DNA from: Macrostomum lignano
Taxonomy: Eukaryota
Direction of reading: 5' to 3'
DNA length: 64,000 nt
Assembly (NCBI GenBank): GCA_002269645.1
Contig: NIVC01000334.1
Span: 62,001 to 126,000 of the forward strand
Within the stretch, counting starts at the first letter, position 1. The number at the start of each line of letters is the position of its first letter. Below are positions 49,501 to 59,100 of the stretch, piece by piece. A program made the position numbers and the translations under genes. The notes below the pieces were generated by a model. The model was not told where the DNA came from. It made no database searches and saw nothing but the letters and a program-made list of their open reading frames with translations.

Positions 49501-51953
49501 TCGATAGAATCCCACCTGAAGACCGTGCAGCCGAAGTTACCTTGGACAGCAAAGAACTACCAAGCACCAAGACACTGGGTGTCACGTGGCAGAGTGAGCA
49601 GGACGAATTTACCTTTAAAGATGAAAACGAGTCGCGTCAGGTGACCACAAAAAGAGGTCTGCTGAAGAAGCTAGCGAGCGTCTTTGATCCACTTGGACTG
49701 ATCTCTCCATTTGTCGTGCAGGCGAAGATTCTGATGCAGGAGCTTTGGCAGACAGGTCTTGATTGGGATGAACCGCTGAATGCAGAACTTAGTGCAAAAG
49801 TGAGCGCCTGGTGCATTGACCTGAAGCATTTAAGCGAGATTCGGCTTTCCAGGGCGCTTGAAGGAGAAAATTCCCTGTCGGGTAGTGTGCACGTGTTCGT
49901 TGACGCATCCGAGAAAGCTTACGGAGCTGTATGCTACTGGAGAAGTGAAACGGCAACTGACAGTGAACGTTCCGTTCGACTTATCATCTCGAAGACTCGA
50001 GTAGCTCCAATCACAACCATGAGTACACCGAGGTTGGAGCTGATGGCAGCAGTTCTGGGAGTCCAACTCGCAAGCAAAGTCGCGCAGTCATTGCAAGTGC
50101 CGCTTCGTGACGCAGTTTTTTGGTCTGACAGCTTAAACGTGTTGTACTGGATTCGTGGCCGAGGAAAAATGTTCAAGCCGTTTGTCTCCTCTCGAGTGGG
50201 CGAGATCCAAGCTTCAACAGAGCCGAACCAGTGGAGATATGTTTCGACGGAAAAGAATCCAGCAGATCTGCTCTCTCGAGGACTATCGATCAAGGCAGTG
50301 GCGGCTAGCCAGTTGTGGTGGCATGGACCTCAGTTTCTCTTAGAAGAGGCAGAGAATTGGCCAAAGAACAAAGTGCAGGTTCCTGAGCAGGTGGAAGAGA
50401 GACGCAGATGCGAGGATCAGTCGCCGGCCGGTGAGAGCCAGAGAACGTATGTCACCGATGTGCTAGAGCGCAATCATCGACTGGAGCCAGAGCGCTTCTC
50501 CAGCTGGATCAGAGCTGTCCGTGTTCACGCTTGGGTGGCCAGGTTCGCTAACAACTGCCGTTTGATGAAGGAGCACCGAGATACTGGCGAGCTATCACCA
50601 GCAGAGATTGAAGCAGCTGAATCGAAGATCATCCAGAGAGCCCAGCAAGAAACGTTTGCGGAAGAGATCGCTTGTCTGCGAGCAGGAAAGCAGTTGCCGG
50701 GACGCAGTGTGATTTCTAACTTGAACCCGAAGCTCGACGTCAACGACCTGCTTCGCGCTGATGGGAGACTAAAGTTCGCCGATGTGCTACCGTTTAGCAC
50801 TCGATTTCCTATCATTCTGCCACGATCACACCGCGTGACGGAGCTCATCGTGAAGCATCACCACGAAAGTGTCCAACATCTAGGCACAAACCAAACTCTG
50901 GTGGCACTGTCAAACCGATTTTGGATCGTCTCGGCCAGAGAAGCCATTAAGTCTTGGGAAGCAAAGTGCGCCGAATGTCGCCGACGGAAAGCCAGACCAG
51001 CCAGCCAGATTATGGCCCCCTTGCCCGCTTGCCGATTCAAGGAGCCGCTTCGTGCCTTCGCTCGTGTCGCTGTCGACTTTGCCGGTCCATTCATCACTAA
51101 GCAGGGCCGTGGCAAGGCTCGGCAGAAAAGGTACCTGGCATTGTTCACCTGCTTGGCAACGCGAGCTGTACATCTGGAAGTGGCATTCGGCATGGATACC
51201 GATTCCTTCCTACGGACTCTACAGCGGATGATCAGTCGACGAGGCCAACCGATCGAGCTGTTCTCGGACAACGGCACGAACTTCGTCGGTGCGGCGCGCG
51301 AGCTTCGAGAACTAGTCGACGTCTTGGATACCCAGAAGCTTCAACAGCGAACGGCTTCTCAGCAGTTGCGATGGCATTTCAACCCGCCCGCTGCGCCGCA
51401 CTTCGGTGGGGTGCACGAAATCATGATCAAAGCAGCGAAGAAGGCAATCTGGGCAATTCTGAAGGAGGCGGACGTCACGGATGAGGAGCTGCTAAGCGCG
51501 TTTGCTGGAGCGGAGGCACTTCTGAATTCAAGGCCGTTGACGTACCAGACGGCGCATCCGAGTGATGATGTGCCGCTGACGCCGAATCACTTCCTCATCG
51601 GGCAAGTCGGCGGGAAGTTTGCACCGGAGGTCGACGCTGCCATCGCCCGCAGTCCTTCAAGAAGATGGCGTCACGTCCAGCAGCTGGTGTCGCAGATCTG
51701 GCGCCGGTGGTTGCGCGAGTGGCTGCCGGGACTCGCACCGCGGAGCAAGTGGCGCCGCGAGCTGCCTGACCTACAACCTGGAGACGTGGCGCTGCTGGTG
51801 AGCCCGGACTCGCCTCGGGGTCACTGGCCGCTGGCTCGCGTGCTGGAGGTCATGCGCGGTTCGGACGGTCACGTGAGAGTCGCCTCAATCAGAGTCGGTG
51901 ATCGCACAATGACGAGACCAATAACAAAGTTGTGTCCAATATCTGCAGGTTAG
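46593..51953 (+). CDS. BEL/Pao Gag-Pol polyprotein (first ATG 46593; frame open from 46575)
   Basis: KRVEIPTFSG (DUF1759-like gag); zinc knuckles CIVCQGDHELWSC, CFRCLGQGHLGSQC, CGISSCTKFHHRLLH; protease ALLDDASTRSY; RT DVAEMYLQI...YMDD; RNase H HVFVDASEKAYGAV; integrase HHESVQH...CAEC, VDFAGP, SDNGTNFVGA, GGVHEIMIK. Confidence 0.97.
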   Translation: MDSDDANEQQQQEAQDDAGALRLEKLRFEKSRKKAAFTRCKNKLSWLLKTHASDDEVQVACDALSDLQDLVSAIQEELHEGYADAKDNERRQRLLDEMEETERDYQAAMQRVESARNRRLQRAKEAPPAASSSGENAAGDQEEAAGELHKLSGSAASSKGSNPKELSKDLWKMLKRVEIPTFSGEKQKYENWKAAFVACIDSAPATPEFKLLQLRQYLSGEALKVIEHLGHSAAAYEAAKERLEREFGGQRRQLALHLEELDSFPIVRNGNAKDLKSFANLLDVAVVNLEDAGKEAELQDGMLYVRLQKKLPEQMVASYRRWIFEQRKPESVRNLRIWVLQEAEFQTEASEIVQGVATMQQERQKREQRPKTFVTTDSDKKVQRKICIVCQGDHELWSCSEFKELPVEKRWDAAQSSKCCFRCLGQGHLGSQCRRGRRCGISSCTKFHHRLLHAEKVLAKSGEAKQTASKDAKSASSSGKTGPVTLLSAGETAISLRTVPVVLRNGSRKLKVNALLDDASTRSYVNIGIAEALGVHGALEKVKVGVINGQTETFMTAPVCFSLESLDGQTSSMIVAFTADHVTGSLKGVDWHEEAQQWPHLRNVPFPKLCEPAVVDLLIGADHPDLHVSLKEIVGQPLEPKARLTPLGWTCIGRTEQDNSEMQNAHFAATFFSCDSESGQVAKILRQFWEIENVSEGANRSPLTADEERAVQQAKSSLKYTKGRYQIGIPWKKDRLAPAGTFSMALKRLKNTEQRLIKDMNVCKQYQEILEKYEQQGYIRKVSQAETEGRCFLPHFPVLRPDKATTKVRIVFDASAARLNDQILQGPKLQRDLVDVLLRFRRHPIAIACDVAEMYLQIEMDPKDRPLHSFLWRDADPSKQPDVYEFNRVVFGVTSSPFLAQFVTRCHAEKSKGELPEAAETVLHSTYMDDSLDSAPTEAAACRLYDQLSELWRRAGMHARKWVSNSRAVLDRIPPEDRAAEVTLDSKELPSTKTLGVTWQSEQDEFTFKDENESRQVTTKRGLLKKLASVFDPLGLISPFVVQAKILMQELWQTGLDWDEPLNAELSAKVSAWCIDLKHLSEIRLSRALEGENSLSGSVHVFVDASEKAYGAVCYWRSETATDSERSVRLIISKTRVAPITTMSTPRLELMAAVLGVQLASKVAQSLQVPLRDAVFWSDSLNVLYWIRGRGKMFKPFVSSRVGEIQASTEPNQWRYVSTEKNPADLLSRGLSIKAVAASQLWWHGPQFLLEEAENWPKNKVQVPEQVEERRRCEDQSPAGESQRTYVTDVLERNHRLEPERFSSWIRAVRVHAWVARFANNCRLMKEHRDTGELSPAEIEAAESKIIQRAQQETFAEEIACLRAGKQLPGRSVISNLNPKLDVNDLLRADGRLKFADVLPFSTRFPIILPRSHRVTELIVKHHHESVQHLGTNQTLVALSNRFWIVSAREAIKSWEAKCAECRRRKARPASQIMAPLPACRFKEPLRAFARVAVDFAGPFITKQGRGKARQKRYLALFTCLATRAVHLEVAFGMDTDSFLRTLQRMISRRGQPIELFSDNGTNFVGAARELRELVDVLDTQKLQQRTASQQLRWHFNPPAAPHFGGVHEIMIKAAKKAIWAILKEADVTDEELLSAFAGAEALLNSRPLTYQTAHPSDDVPLTPNHFLIGQVGGKFAPEVDAAIARSPSRRWRHVQQLVSQIWRRWLREWLPGLAPRSKWRRELPDLQPGDVALLVSPDSPRGHWPLARVLEVMRGSDGHVRVASIRVGDRTMTRPITKLCPISAG

Positions 51954-53117
51954 TTTGCGAACCTTTGCTAGAGAATTAGACTTTGTCAGGTTTCGCAATT
52001 TTTCTGATGAGTTGTTCAATTTTCCTGTTTGTTGCATTGTTCGTAAAGTCTTCTTTCCCTTTCATGCTAATAGGAATCACCCTGTTTTTGCCGTCTTAAC
52101 CCAATTTTCGCTTTCAGTGTTCAACGCGATTAACATTCATTATTTAGCTATTTATTTTCTTGCGTGAATTTTTGCTGAATAGCAGTCGTTACGGTTTAGT
52201 GAATTTGTCGGCAAGTTTGTCTTTTGCGTTTTTGAGTTTTTTACGAGCGATGTTTGCATTATTTGAGCTCTACTTAATATTGCTTGATTTTCTGCGCTTA
52301 GAAGTACCATAGTTTATGCGCCAGTTCCGACCTTTTGATAGCCCAATGCTTACAATTGTTGTTTCAGTTTTTGTTTCAGTTGCGTTTGGTGGCGGAAGTC
52401 TGCGTTCGTGTTCAATTTTGAAATTTTATATGATAGCTGACGTACTTCTGCAAAATTTTCGATTGTCATCTACGATCTGCGTACTTATCTTCACCTTTTG
52501 CTCTATTTTTCTACCATTCACAATGTCGCCATCAATGTTTCATGCAACGTTGTTTTTTTGCTTTTTGAGTTCGATTTTGTATCACGCATCGTTTTCGAAT
52601 ATTTTCCTATTACCGTATTCGTTTTCATTGTTTCATCCCTCGAATAGTTTTTGTCATTGTTATGCCAAGGTGGGGGGTATGTTTGGGAGGTAGATTAGTA
52701 GCATTGATTTTCTTTCCAATTCCACTGCGTGATTTAATGTACGTGTTTATTATTCAATTTTCTATGTACGCTGATTTAGCCCAGGCCCATCTCACCCACC
52801 CCCCTCCACGCTGGCTGATTCTGACTGACTGCAATAAATATATCATCGAGAGGGCTTATTAGCCCTGTGTACGGTTTACGCTTTTCGTTTTGTTAGCGTC
52901 TCGCTTGAGCCTCAGCTCCAAAATAGTTATTGGCGGACCATCGGTCTTTTCATTTCTACAGTACACAAGGTTAAATTCATTTCGAGCAATTGAGTTAAAA
53001 AATATGCCTACAACAGAACGCTTCGTGGCTTCGAAAGTTGTTTGAAAATGCAAATTCTGTAGCAAATACCAACAATTGCAATTGTTTTCATATTTATGCT
53101 GAATTCATATATCCACT

Positions 53118-56100
53118 ATGAATTATTCGACTCTGGGCACCACCGCTCTGCCCGAGATTAAATCCATATTCGAATGCGGTAAGCAATCATATCTGCGATT
53201 CCCCCAACTCTCACTAATTCCCTCCCCGATTCCCCGTGCAACTCTCCCGAATTCCCTCCCCGATTCCCCGTGCAACTCTCCCGAATTCCCTCCCCGATGC
53301 CCTATCCAACTTACTTACTTACTTAGCTGCAGGGCTGTCCCGGGGGGACACAGCGGGAAGGCGCGAACGCCCATTCCGCTAATCCCTGAACGGCCGACGC
53401 GTCGCTATGGACGAAGGGTTGGCGCCGCCCAGGAAGGTCCCCCAGTGTCGCCAGCAGCTATGGTGCTCTCTGGAAAGGAGAGTTCAGCCCTGTGGGTGGC
53501 CCGGAGGTAGCGCATGAGCTGGTTTAAGTTTTCGGGTTTGCACGCTTCAGTAATAGATGTGTGTGGCCCGAGGTAAGTGAGTCTGGCCCGCGTGAAGGCG
53601 GGACAGATGCTGACGAAATGTTCAGCGGTTTCGTCACCTGAGTTACAGAAACTGCAGATGGCGTTGGTGGCGTTGCCCTGCAGGTACTGGTGCCTAGAGA
53701 AGCAGCCGTGACCAGAAAGGGTCATGGTGGCAGCCCGGATATCTCTGCGCGAGAGGCGCAAGAGGAGCTTCCGGAGCTGGTGAGAGGGCTGAGGGACAGC
53801 GCCTCTGGATTGCCTGCAGGTAGTGCAGTTCGCCCAAGTCGAGCGGTGCTGGGTCCTGATCCACGCTTTGATGCGCGAGTCGATGACACAGCCAGGAATC
53901 GGGACAAGGGGTTCGGGACCGAGAGAGGAGCCGGAAACGCCAACTTTCGCAAGGGCGTCAGCCAACTCATTTCCTCGGATCCCCACATGCCCCGGAACCC
54001 ACTTGAGGGTGATTTTGTTGGTGGAGCCCAACATGTTGAGGAGTTTGATACAGTCGAGGACTGTAGCAGAATTGGTGCTGCAGCCACTGATGGCGTGCAA
54101 GGCAGCTTGGCTGTCCGAATGGAAAATGATGTTCTTACCGGTAACGCCAGTGGCGAGGAGCTCTGCGATGCAGGAGCTGATGGCGAGAACTTCATTTTGG
54201 AAGACACTGCAGTTGACCCCAGTGTACTGAGCGTGGGTTGCGATGACCCTCCCGTTCAGGAAGATTCCAGCACCAAAACCGGTGTTGGCTGACTGCTTAG
54301 AACCATCGGTGTAGCAATGAAGCTCACCAGGGTTCCAGTGGTCATTGAGGGTATCGCGCGAGTCGATAGCTACGGGGTAGCGTTGTCTCAGGTTGAGCTT
54401 TGAGGCAATGCCATTGGTGAAGACGCGATTGGCCTGACACTCGTTGAGAAAGTTGAGGCACAGGTCGCTATGCGGGACGAGGTTCCGCTTAGCAGGTGCC
54501 CTCATGTAAAGGAATTTGACACCGGCATCAAGTAAACGCCGCGTCGTTCTAGCTGCCTCACCCCTGACGAAGAGGTCGAGAGGCGGTAGATTAAGGAAGG
54601 CCCCCATGCCGGCAAAGGGTGTGGACCTGGTGGCGTTGCAGATAAGCCTACACGCTCTGCCCTGGATCGTGTTGAGAAAATCTGCATGGCTTTTGACCTG
54701 GGTAGCGCTAACCCAGACAACAGAGGCGTACGTAATGGCAGGTCTAACTACGGAAGTGTAGATCCACCAAAGCCGCTTTGGGGAAAGACCCCAAAAGGTG
54801 CCAAGTGCTCGTCGGAGCTGGGCCAGGATGGCTGAGGCACGCTTGGCTTTTGCTTTCACGTGGAAGGGCCAGTTGAGCCGGTGGTCAAGTATGACCCCTA
54901 GACATCTGGTCTGGTGCGCGAAGGCAATATCTCCGCCGTAAAGCTGCAGAGGTCGTATGTTCCAGCGTATTCTGCTGGTGAACATAATGGCAACAGTTTT
55001 GGGCTCAGAGTTCCAGACCGTTGTCATTGGCCCAGGATTCTGCTTTGCGAATAAAACTCTGCATCAGATCCCTGAACGTGCTGGAGGACGGCCCAGCCAC
55101 AATGGCAGTGACGTCGTCAGCATACCCGACTTTGAAGACGGGATCAGGTCGGGAGTCGCCCAGAAGAGCGTCCATGACCAGGTTCCAGAGCGTCGGGGTG
55201 AGGACTCCGCCTTGGGGTCCACCCTTACAGACTCTGGCGGAGGCAGTTTGCCCAAGAAGTTGGGCAGTGACCGTACGGTTAGAGATCATGTACATGATCC
55301 ACCGTATGAGGGTAGCGTGAGCTTTGCGATTTTGAAACGCTTCAAAGATAACGTTGTCGAAGGCGCCAACAATGTCGAGATAGAGAGCCAGGGCGTAACC
55401 GTCACCCAGTACCGCCCGTTCAATCTTCTCGACTATCGCATGCAGGGCGCTGTCAGTCGACCTCCCGGTACGGAAGGCGTGCTGATGATTGCTGAGAGGC
55501 ATTGCTGTCAGCTCGCAAGAAAGCAGCCGCCAGAGAATAAGCCTCTCAGTGAGCTTAAGCATTGCTGACGTTAAGCTAATTGGCCTAAAGGCCTTGACGC
55601 TCTGGTAGTCACCCTTCCCAGGTTTGGGAATAAAGACTACCCGAGCTTCGGTCCAGCACTTGGGAACGTATCCCAGCTGGATAGAGGCCCGCATGAGATT
55701 GCGGGTAAGTCTCAAGAACGGGGGTATCTTGGCTGCTTCACGAAGGAGAACAGTGTAGATACTATCAGGTCCAGGAGATTTGAAGGGCTTGAAGGTTCTG
55801 ACCGCACGAGCGATTAAGTCTTCAGTGATAATGCCCGCCGCTAGGGTAGCTCCATCCATTGAATGGTTGGGTTCCGATCCAGCAGTGGGTATCCTCGGGA
55901 AGAATGTGCTGAGCATATGCTGAAGCAATTCTTCAGGGTCTTTAGTAAGAGAGCCATCATCTTTTCTGATCATGGCTAATTTGGACATTTTGTCCATTGT
56001 AAGGGCCTTGAAAAGCCTAGAAGTAGGTCTGTCTTGATCCAACTCATTGCAGAATTGGCGCCATTTACATTCCTTGGCCTTGCGCACTTCAGATTTGAAG

Positions 56101-59100
56101 TTGCGGGAGGCTTGTCGGAAAAGCTCCATGTCCTCCGGGTTTCCGGTCTTCATGGCACGGCGGTGAAGGCTTTTGGCCTTCCGCCTGAGTTTCCCCAGCT
56201 CCGGGTTCCACCACGGCGCCGAGGTCTTGCCTTTGTAGGCACGGACAGGGCAGGCCGCCTCATAGGCTGCAATAATGCAACCTGTCAGCGTCTCAGCCGC
56301 ATGGTCCACATCCTCGCAGGTCTCAATCGGACGTAAGTCTGTGAGTTCCTGCAGGTGCAGATCAAGGGTAGCCTTATAGGCCGCCCAATCAGTGTTGCGG
56401 ATGTTACGCCTCCAAGTAATCGAGTACTGGGGTTTAGTGTTCGCGATGTTAAAGGCGATAAAGCAGTGGTCAGACAGGGAGGGCTCCTCAGACCCGACTC
56501 TCCACTCCTCAACTCTGTCAAAGAGTCTTGGGGTAACGAGTGTGGCGTCGAGGACCTCAGTCCATCTGCCATTTGAAATAGATGGGGTTTTCTCGGGGTG
56601 GCCTGGTAGGTCTTTGAATCCCACCGCTGCCACCAGTGAAATAGAATGGTTTTTCTCGGGGTGGCCTGGTAGGTCTTTGAATCCTACCGCTGCCACCAGT
56701 GTTGTACCTGTGGTTGTCCTGCTGTACAGCGCAGTGACTTGGGCTCTCCGTCTTCTCACTCGGAAGCCTTCTTAACTCTCTCAGTAGCGTAGGTAGTGCT
56801 GCCACCAGTTCCTTCAGGTCTCGGCCTTCGATGAGGTGAGCTTCCCGTCGGAACGAAATAAACAAGTCAACGAACTCAGCACAGCGTGCAGATTTGCAGA
56901 TTAATGAACAAGGCGTCCTGATCAGCAGATCCCCGCCGGGCTCAGGGGTGACTGGGAAGGCAGTGTTAGCCTCCCTTAGGCTTGGGCTTTAGTGGGGTCT
57001 CAGTCAGACCAGTACAAACGGATTCAGTACGCAAAGGGCACTTAGTTAGACACTGACGCACACGGGTTCTTAGTGAATTCTCCGCAGATAAGAAGCCAAA
57101 ACCTTGACGGAAACAAGGGGAGAGGGGTCCTATTTATAGCCGGGAAACACCCACGCACAAGACCTCGTGACTTGTTCTATTTTTAGAACTGACGTCACTT
57201 GAGATCTCGAGGCAGGGTCTCAGTGCGCGCAAGACCTCGTGACTCGTTCTATTTTTAGAACTGACGTCACTTGAGGTCTCCGGCCAGAGTACACGCGGCT
57301 GTGACTCAGTTGCTATTTTTAGCAACATGAGTCACTCCTCTCCTTAGAGAAGGGAGGGGTCCGAAAGCACGTGATTCTCCCGGTAAACAGGGCCAACGAG
57401 TGCAGTAAACATGTTTACTGCACTTTAGGACTCGAAGAACGCAGAGTCTGTCATATGACTTGCTCACATGACAGAGGAAAACGGGACGGGAACGAAACAG
57501 AGACAGCCCACAGCAGAGAAGCTGAGGGCTGAGAACAGAGACGCCGAAGGGCAGAACAGGCCAAGGGCAGCAACAGACGGGCCAAGGGGGCGGGAAGCTG
57601 ACCAGCGGCAGACAGCAACCCAGGGCAAGGGCGAGAGAGACTGCTGACAGAGTGGGACGCCTAACACCAACTAGCGGATCACTACACATTGTTGAAGGTA
57701 GGAGTGCTACCGCGGTTGCAGAGCATGAGGTTTGTGTTAGAGATAAGGGTTAGAAGCTCCTCCCCTCTAGTATTGGTGTCTTTGCTGCCCCAGTGCTTAT
57801 GGTGTGCGTTGAGGTCGCCCCCTAAACACAGCTCAGCGTTCTGGGACTCGCAGTACTCTCGGGAGCAGGGTCTCTGTCGCCTGGGATGTAAATCGAGGCA
57901 ATGAGACACGTACGCGGAGAGAGATGATTAGATTGGATGACACAAAGGTCTCCATCAGAGAGATCAGTCCTCAGCCAAGCCTGGAGATGGCTGGCAGCGA
58001 GGATAGCCGCTCTAGGGCGGTTGTTCCCCGGGCCACACATAAAAGTCAGAGTAGCCAGAGGGAATGTTGGGCAACTCACCGTTGCGCATCCAGGGTTCCT
58101 GGATCAGGATGAGACCTGGCCTGTACAGCTCAGCAATCTTCATCAGATTTACTGACGCAGATACGCAATGCTGTAGATTTATTTGCAGACAGAATGTCGC
58201 TCCTTTGGCAGCGTGGAGCTTAGTCATAAATTAAATGCAAATTAAATGCAATTGTCTGGCTAGAGCCCGGGCCATCAAGGAGACTTGGACAGCAAATCGT
58301 CCTCGTCCCAGGCCGTTGGGGCTTGACTGGGAGATGGGAGTTGGTCAATGTCCATGGCCTCCTCACCCCCACCGCCCCCCCCCAGCAGAGTCCTCAGGCT
58401 CCGACGACAGGATGGAGGAAGCTTCCTCATCTGCATCTTTACCTTCAGACCCCACAAGGGTGGCCGAGGAGAGCTCGGATTCCGAAGACCCGGCCTCGTC
58501 CTCAACTCCTTCTCCGACTGGCAGATTTGGTTCCCGGGGCTTGGCCGGAGCCGTTACCGCGGTGGCCCAACTGCTGCTAGCAGAGGGGCGAGATGCAGCT
58601 TCGGCTTTGGGATCGGCTTGCGCCTTTCCTTGGGCCTTAGACTGAGCCCCGCTCTTGCCGGAGATGCCGGGGTTGGCAGAAGCCTTCCCTTTGACAGACT
58701 TTCCTCGGCGCATCTTGAGCTTGAGGGCACCCAGCTGGAAAGAGGATCCATTAGGGTACCGACTCGCCCAAGTGCTGGAAAGGCCGAGGACAATTGAGTT
58801 GCCCGTCTCCCCCCTGCGGACTCGGCGGTGATACACCAGTCCACTAGCAGGGAGGTCGGGGTTCAGACGCAGTAGGACCCGGCGGATAACGTCTGGTCCA
58901 GCTGCGGTGCTCTTAGCAGGGACAAAAACCACATAGGGTATTGTCTTTAGACGCTGGCCTTAGCGAAGAAAAAGGTCAGCATCCAAGGAGACCGTCAGAA
59001 GCCGCTGGAGCAGCTGCTGAGCGTCCTCCTCACTGCTGGGAGCAATAAGAACGAATGTGCTTCGCAGCACCATCCGCTCAATGCCGATGGAGATTCCCTC

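Larger units (their letters stand above)
46221..52965 (+). mobile_element. Intact BEL/Pao LTR retrotransposon
   Basis: 286-bp LTRs 46221-46506 and 52680-52965 (TG...CA, no differences seen by eye); 5-bp TSD CAAGG (46216-46220, 52966-52970); PBS, PPT and an uninterrupted gag-pol ORF. Confidence 0.97.

Noticed and set aside
46804-51801. Numerous short ORFs overlapping gag-pol
   Set aside because: Shadow ORFs of a GC-rich coding region with no independent motifs.
53690-56336. Plus-strand ORFs antisense to LINE ORF2
   Set aside because: Antisense shadows with no recognisable domains.
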